DNA of 64,000 nt, taken from the NCBI GenBank assembly GCA_043228905.1, contig JBHGNT010000009.1:9486001-9550000 (forward strand), given 5' to 3'. Under the pieces are notes generated by a model that was not told where the DNA came from, ran no database searches, and saw nothing but the letters and a program-made list of their open reading frames with translations. The position numbers were made by a program, and so were the translations under genes. Below, one piece after another: positions 57,349-64,000 of this stretch. Numbering within the stretch: position 1 is the stretch's first letter; the number at the start of each line of letters is the position of its first letter. This stretch comes from Azolla caroliniana (taxonomy: Eukaryota; Plantae; Polypodiophyta).

Positions 57349-60300
57349 TGTCAGGAACAATACTAAGACAGAGAAGGAATTAGTACTAAAAGAAGTATTA
57401 GTACTAAGAGAGGTGAAGAACTCTCGAGAGAAGGAAAGAGTGAGTGAGAGGGAGGGAGAGAGAGATCGAGAGAGAGAGAGAGTGATGATAAGACAAGATA
57501 TATATTATGTGAAGAAAATGTACAGTAGCTAGGAGGCTTAAGACTGGCGTTGAACCGATTTGGTTCGAAATAATGCCTTGTGCCTCCTTTTATAGTGTTC
57601 TAAGGAATACTCTTGAAGTTTCTAGAATGTTCTAGAGAAATCTGGAATATACATCAATTTTCTATAATAAAACATAAATGAAAATAATATTCTACGTATT
57701 ACAATGTATAGTCTAATGGTCAAGAGCTCGACCCATGTAGCATAAGGTCATGGGTTCGAGTCTTGCCATATCATGACACTATCCCCCCTTTAAAACGACG
57801 AGTGTAACGAGTCGTTTTGGATTGAGGACCCGGTTTGTCTGGAAGTCTTCAAGAAGAGCACGAGCATTGGTGACATTCTCTATCAGTTCCCAAGTACGCT
57901 CGCTGGGACTATATCCTAGCCAATCGACTAGATAGTAGAGCTTGTTGCGAACAAGCTTAGAATCAAGGATGGCGGCAACCTCGTACTCAGGTCCATCTTC
58001 AAGCTCGATCGGGGGTGGAGGTTGTGTAATACGTCCTGGGATGGTGCTCTCTTGATAGGGTTCGAGGAGAGAACTATGAAACACCGAATGTATCCGAAGT
58101 TGTGGAGGTAGATCAAGACGAAAAGCGACATCATTAATCTTTCCTATAATACGGAAAGGACCTAATCGCCGATAATCCAACTTCTCGCATGGGCGAGTGG
58201 TCTTGATGTGTCGTTGGAGTAGCCATACCCGATCTCCAATGTTAAAACTAGATGGGAGTCGATGACGATCCGCATAAACCTTGTGTGTTTGTTGAGCTTG
58301 TTGGAGGTGAGTAGATACATCCGCTTGTATCTTGCATAACCTCTCCAAACGATCTTCTGCGCAAGGATTTGTGGACACCTCTGGGGTTTCAAGTACACAC
58401 CACGGGGGGTGACATCCCGTATAAGCATAAAATGGCGTAACTTTAGTGGATGCGTGGATAGAGTTGTTATAGGCAAATTCGGCGAAGTGGAGAATATCTG
58501 CCCAGTCATCCTGATGATAGCTGAGAAAGCATCGCAGATACTGCTCCAACGTTTGATTGGTTCGTTCGGCTTGGCCATCGGTTTGGGGGTGGTAGCCGGA
58601 GGAGAGGTTACAAGTGACCTTGACCATGTTAAAAAGGTGCTTCCAGAATTTTGACACGAACTGGGGTCCACGGTCGCTGATGATACTATCGGGAAGTCCA
58701 TGATGCCGACATACTTCACGCATGACAATTTCGGCAGTGTCTTCACTGGAGATCTCCTTTGTACATGGCAAGAAATGAGCCATCTTCGTATATCGATCGA
58801 CCACCGTTAGAATCGCATTGAACCCCTTAGAGACTGGAAGATCTGTGATGAAGTCTAGAGCAATAGATTGCCACGGCTTTCTTGGAATTGGTAATGGTTC
58901 TAATAAACCATATGGATGATGCTTAGGCTTGAGGGAGGTAGCCGGAGGAGAGGTTACAAGTGACCTTGAGCATGTTAAAAAGGTGCTTCCAGAATTTTGA
59001 CACGAACTGGGGTCCACGGTCGCTGATGATACTATCGGGAAGTCCATGATGCCGACATACTTCACGCATGACAATTTCGGCAGTGTCTTCACTGGAGATC
59101 TCCTTAGTACATGGCAAGAAATGAGCCATCTTCGTATATCGATCGACCACCGTTAGAATCGCATTGAACCCCTTAGAGACTGGAAGATTTGTGATGAAGT
59201 CTAGAGCAATAGATTGCCACGGCTTTCTTGGAATTGGTAATGGTTCTAATAAACCATATGGATGATGCCTAGGCTTGGCATTTTCGCTCTGCAGCATGTA
59301 TCACAAGTCCGAACAAAATCCTCGACAAATTGTCGCATACAGGGCCACTAGAATGATCGTTGTACTAAATGTAATGTTTTAGTACTACCAAAATGCCCAG
59401 CTGTATATGTGTCATGACAGTTTTGTACTACTTGAAGGTGGCAAGAACCATTAGGAACATACAAAAGTTCTTTAAAGAAGAGTAATCCATCATGGTATTT
59501 GAATTGTCGATAGTCCATACCTGGTGGTTGCGACTGTGAACACGACGCTCGAGAGGGATCAATTTGTGCTAGTATAGCTTGGGCGACCGCATCTGTCTTC
59601 AAGTCTTTGCGTATGGTATCGATAACGCGGGAATACATGGGCATGTCAAAGATCTGTGTTGCTTGTAGTCGTGCCGGTCCCAAGATGACTTGTTTTTGGT
59701 TATCGAAAGCTGGCTCGCCGGGACGGGGTGCTAGATACGAACGCCGTGATAATGCATCTGCCTTCCCTTGGTGCTTCCCCGGACGATATGTAATTTTGAA
59801 GTCGAAACGCGTGAGGAAGTGGGCCCACCGAGCTTGACGTCGATTCAACACACGAGCATCCTGAAAGTAGGCAAGGTTCTTGTGGTCACTAAATACAGTG
59901 ACCGGATGAGAGGATCCCTCTAGAAAATGCCTCCATTGCATAAAAGAATCCACTATTGCCAATAGCTCCTTATCATGAATTTCGTAGTTGATTTCGGCGG
60001 CATCAAACTTGCGTGAGTGAAAAGCCACAAGATGTAGCTTCTCATCATTCCCCTGTTGTGACAGAATACTCCCCAATGCAAAATCCGATGCGTCAGCTTC
60101 GATAATGAATGGTTTTTCCGGATCGACATGAGCTAGAATTGGAGCCGATGTAAATGCCTTTTTAAGACTCTCGAAAGCCATGTCCGTTTCTTCAAACCAG
60201 ATGAACGGTTGTCCCTTCCTGGTAAGTTGTGTGAGAGGTAGAACGATCTTTGAGTAATCTTGTATGAACTTCCGGTAAAAATTGGCAAAGCCTAGGAAGC

Positions 60301-63300
60301 ATTGCACATCCTGCACTGAATGCGGAGTCTGCCATTCTACCACCGTTTTGACCTTAGCTAGGTCCATGGAGATGCCTTTTGACGAAATGATGTACCCGAG
60401 AAATTCCACTTGGTTGCACCCGAAACTACATTTTTCCAGCTTTGCATACAGACCATGTTCTCGAAGTCGTTTTAGTACTAATAATACATGAGAATCATGT
60501 TCTTCTTGGGTCTTTGAATAAACCAGTAGATCATCCAAATAGATGATCAAACAATCATCCAATAGATCTCGGAATATATCATTAGCCATGTGCTGAAAGA
60601 TTGCCGGCGCATTAGTGAGGCCGAACGGCATGAACGTATACTCGAAGTGCCCATATCTGGTGCAAAACGCGGTCTTCCATTCGTCTCCTGGTCCGATCCG
60701 TACGAGGTTATATGCTCCCCGTAAGTCGATCTTCGTGAAGAACCTGGCACCATTGATCCGTTCTAAAAGACTTGAGATAAGGGTAAGAACATACCTATTC
60801 CTGATTGTAACCTTATTCAGGCCACAGTAATTTACAACGAGACGAAGCGATCCATCCTTTTTCTTGACGAAAAAAATGGGCGCGCCAGCTGGAGATTTTG
60901 AATGCCGAATGAAACCATTTTCCAAATTCTCCTCTATATAGGCCCGAAGGACTTCCAGCTCGGTTGGTGACAAATTGTAGATCGGTCCCCATGGCGGCTC
61001 TTTTCCCGGTTGTAAATCGATGGGGCAATCATACGGTCGATGATGAGGAAGTGTGTTGGCTTGTACTTTATCGAACACATCGATGTAATGACGATACTTC
61101 TCGGGAAGTTGAACGGTGGATTCTTCTTTAGTGGTGATGGAGGGGTTTACTAATATTGCAAAGAGGAACATTTCTTCCTTGCGTTGTTCTTTACACAACT
61201 GACATAGCGAAATGGTTGCCATCTTCTGAGTTGACCCTTGGGTTTGTCGACACCGGATTTCTCTTGTTCTCCAATCTATGTCTAGGTTATGGAACTCGAA
61301 CCACGGTAATCCTAAAACTATGGGATGTTCTGGGATACTAATAATATTAAATGATACTACACATGCTAAGTTATCTAGGACAATATTAATGGGCTCTGAC
61401 TCTTCTATGATATTTCCGGAAGCAATGGGACGTCCATCAATGACTACTACAGAGGCTGGACACTGGAGTTTTCTTAGGGATATCTTATGAGCTTGAGCAA
61501 ATTTCTTATCCATAAAGCAAGAGTTAGCTCCGGAATCTAGGAGTGCTAGGACATGTACTGGAGGGGTACTTTTAGTACTAACTATTACTTGGGCTACGAA
61601 CACATCACTAACTTGCTTAGAGGGAATGTAACCACTAATGGGCTGCATAGATCTAGGGCTGTCCAACCAAACGGCTCCTATTTTGGCTGGACTTAGTCGT
61701 TTAACTCTTCTTCTAACTGACTAAGGACATCAAATCTGTTCGCTAGATCTGGGCTATTAGTACTATTAGGACTATCAAATATCCCTACTGAAATAGACTC
61801 GGGTTTAGTACAATTAGAACTAGCGACTATTTGGTTTACCTGTCTTCTTGGCCTATGGGGGCAATTTATTGCAATATGTCCTGGTCCACCGCAGTAAAGA
61901 CATAGTCGATTTGTATGGCGTCGCTACTTTTCTTCTTCGGATAATGGCCCTCGACGACGTGTAGTGTCAATCTCCATCGGAGTCGGAGTATTCGCTGGAG
62001 GCGCATTATATGACTCCCTCGGAAAAGGTCTTGCTACCACTGAGGCGTAGGTGGGCTCTGATCTTGCCCTCGGCATCTGTAGTTGTCGTTCCGAACGTCG
62101 CTCAAAGAGGCGGTTGTCACATCTCACCGCACGACTGATTGCTTCTGTTAAGGACTTCGACTCTTCGGGGAAGGGCAAGAGTAAATCCTTGACGTCGTTG
62201 CGTAAACCATAACGAAATTGCTCCATCAACGCTTGATCATCCCAAGGGATATCGGCGGCGAGTAGGCGAAAATCTGCAGCATATGCGGAGGCTGGACGGT
62301 CACCTTGGCGTAATCGCCGAATTTTGTTGATTGCGGTCCTGATGCTGTCAGTATCTCCGAAACATGCTTTAAACTCACCTAGAAACTCTTCAAAATTGTT
62401 GAGTAACGGGGATTCCTTTTCTAATAGTGGAGCGAACCATGCCAACGCTGAGCCACTTAACAAAGTGCCTACTAAACCCACTCGTGATGCATCGGTGGGA
62501 TACCGGGAAGGATGCATTTGAATAACTAATCGTACCTGGTTAAGGAACCCTCTAAACTGCGATCGCGTTCCATCAAACTTTGTGGGAAGGCCAATCTTGG
62601 GTTCTTTATGAATCCCTTGTGTTCCGAGCCCTTGTTGTTGCATCGCTACGATGGTTGCTTCGAGTTGTTGCACGCGTAACGCAAGTTCCCCATGCTGTTG
62701 TTGCGTTTGCTGCTTTTCTAAGGAGATTTGCTGAAGATCCCCCAACAACCGTTGGTTTTCTTGTTCCAAAGCATGGAACTTCTCTTTCAAGCATTGAAAT
62801 TCCGAGAAAACAGATTGATATTCTTCAGCGCTAACAGTGGCCATGGGATGAAAGAAAAGAGGAATAAGAGATTAGTAGGAAATGAGAGAGACAGAAGGTA
62901 GGAAAATCGGTTCAAACTGTCAGGAACAGTACTAAGACAGAGAAGGAATTAGTACTAAAAGAAGTATTAGTACTAAGAAAGGTGAAGAACTCTCGAGAGA
63001 AGGAAAGAGTGAGTGAGGGAGGGAGAGAGAGGTCGAGAGAGGTCGAGAGAGAGTGATGATAAGACAAGATATATATTATGTGAAGAAAATGTACAATAGC
63101 TAGGAGGCTTAAGACTGGCGTTGAACCGATTTGGTTCGAAATAATGCCTTGTGCCTCCTTTTATAGTGTTCTAAGGAATACTCCTGAAGTTTCTAGAATC
63201 TTCCAGAGAAATCTGGGATATACATCAATTTTCTATAATAAAACATAAATGAAAATAATATTCTATGTATTACAATGTATAGTCTAATGGTCAAGAGCTC

Positions 63301-63345
63301 GACCCATGTAGTATAAGGTCATGAGTTCGAGTCTTGCCATATCAT
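57349..63345 (-). mobile_element. Ty3/gypsy chromovirus H (Tcn1-like). 3' LTR 57778-57349, 5' LTR ~63345-62918
   Basis: Similar LTRs. Gag 62844-61924 with downstream CLYCGGPGHIAINC, protease LLDSGA, RT YLDD, RNase H ADASD, integrase and chromodomain EYEVAAILD..YLVDWLGY..RTWE. PPT AAAGGGGGGA. Confidence 0.95.
59348..61666 (-). pseudogene. Pol (protease-RT-RNase H) of chromovirus H; integrase and chromodomain continue to 57779 with a stop and a frameshift
   Basis: 772-aa ORF with LLDSGANS, MPFGLTNAPA, YLDDLL and EADASDF. Confidence 0.9.
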
Positions 63346-63360
63346 AAGGTCATGGGTTCG

Positions 63361-64000
63361 AAGCGGAGTACATGGCGGATGTGGAAGCCGCCAAGGAAGT
63401 ACTATGGATGAAGGACTTCATCGAAGAGCTAGGGATCCGGCAAGAGGAATACCGACTCTATTGCGACAATCAAGGTGCCATCCACCTTGCGAAGAATGCA
63501 ACGTATCATTCCAGGACGAAGCACATCCAGCGGAGGTACCATTGGATTTGGGAGCGAGTAGAAGACCGAGAGTTCGTACTAACGAAGATCCACACGGAGG
63601 AGAACGGGTCGGATATGCTGACCAAGGTGCTGACACTCGACAAGCTAGACGCATGTCGGAAGCATATCGGATTGACGAGGCATCCCATTCTGGAGTGAAG
63701 GGGGAGTTTGTTAGGATCTTGGTCCCTCTAGATGGGATACGAAGTACCCGGCAACGGAAGACCCGATGAGAACCGGATGACGAGTACCCAGCAACGGAAG
63801 ACTCGGTGAGAATCGGATGTTGTAGGCCCGGTGAGAACCTCTCATCGGATGGAAGGGACATATATGTAAATATGTTCCAGAGAGCCCACTAGGGCTATAT
63901 TTGTAAATAGCCTGAAAGTCATATTAGTATAAATATGACCTAGGGAAAACTCAAAAGATGATGATAGAGTTATTGGTGTAACTCCTGTACAGTGCATAAG
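63361..64000 (+). mobile_element. 3' end of an E-related Ty1/copia element: RNase H, PPT, LTR from 63709
   Basis: EAEYMA, YCDNQGAIHLAKN..YHSRTKHI and GSDMLTK. PPT GAAGGGGGAG is followed by TGTTAGGA. Confidence 0.88.

Noticed and set aside
57700-57775. Functional tRNA gene
   Set aside because: Boxes are present but there is no convincing acceptor or anticodon stem, and it is part of an LTR.
57345-57782. CTAT on both sides of the left LTR of H suggesting a solo LTR
   Set aside because: The inner CTAT belongs to the PPT-LTR junction and the internal coding region follows directly.

Overview
Nuclear DNA of a land plant. A Tcn1-like chromovirus, PLS-class PPR remnants and short introns point to a seed-free plant such as a fern, but this is inference. 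Host genes: condensin-II subunit CAP-G2 (minus, 5 exons), cytosolic HSP90 (plus, perfect heat-shock element), a degenerate B3-domain locus, a small uncharacterised gene (plus) and PEX11 (plus, 7 exons). Two transposon clusters occupy about 7.3-18 kb and 44-64 kb. They contain nested Ty1/copia elements, solo LTRs, LINE fragments, a hAT MITE and a chromovirus, several with readable TSDs. Most unusual items: (1) an intact, stand-alone, GC-rich RNase HI ORF of the His-loop (VKAH..GNE.AD) type, which appears to lie antisense inside intron 1 of a host gene; (2) a circularly permuted PPR gene piece inserted in a copia gag between 32-bp direct repeats; (3) a chromovirus with a self-priming PBS, a -1 frameshift signal and tRNA-like Pol III A/B boxes in its LTRs, the boxes also appearing in an otherwise dissimilar solo LTR. 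All calls were read by eye; no searches were run.
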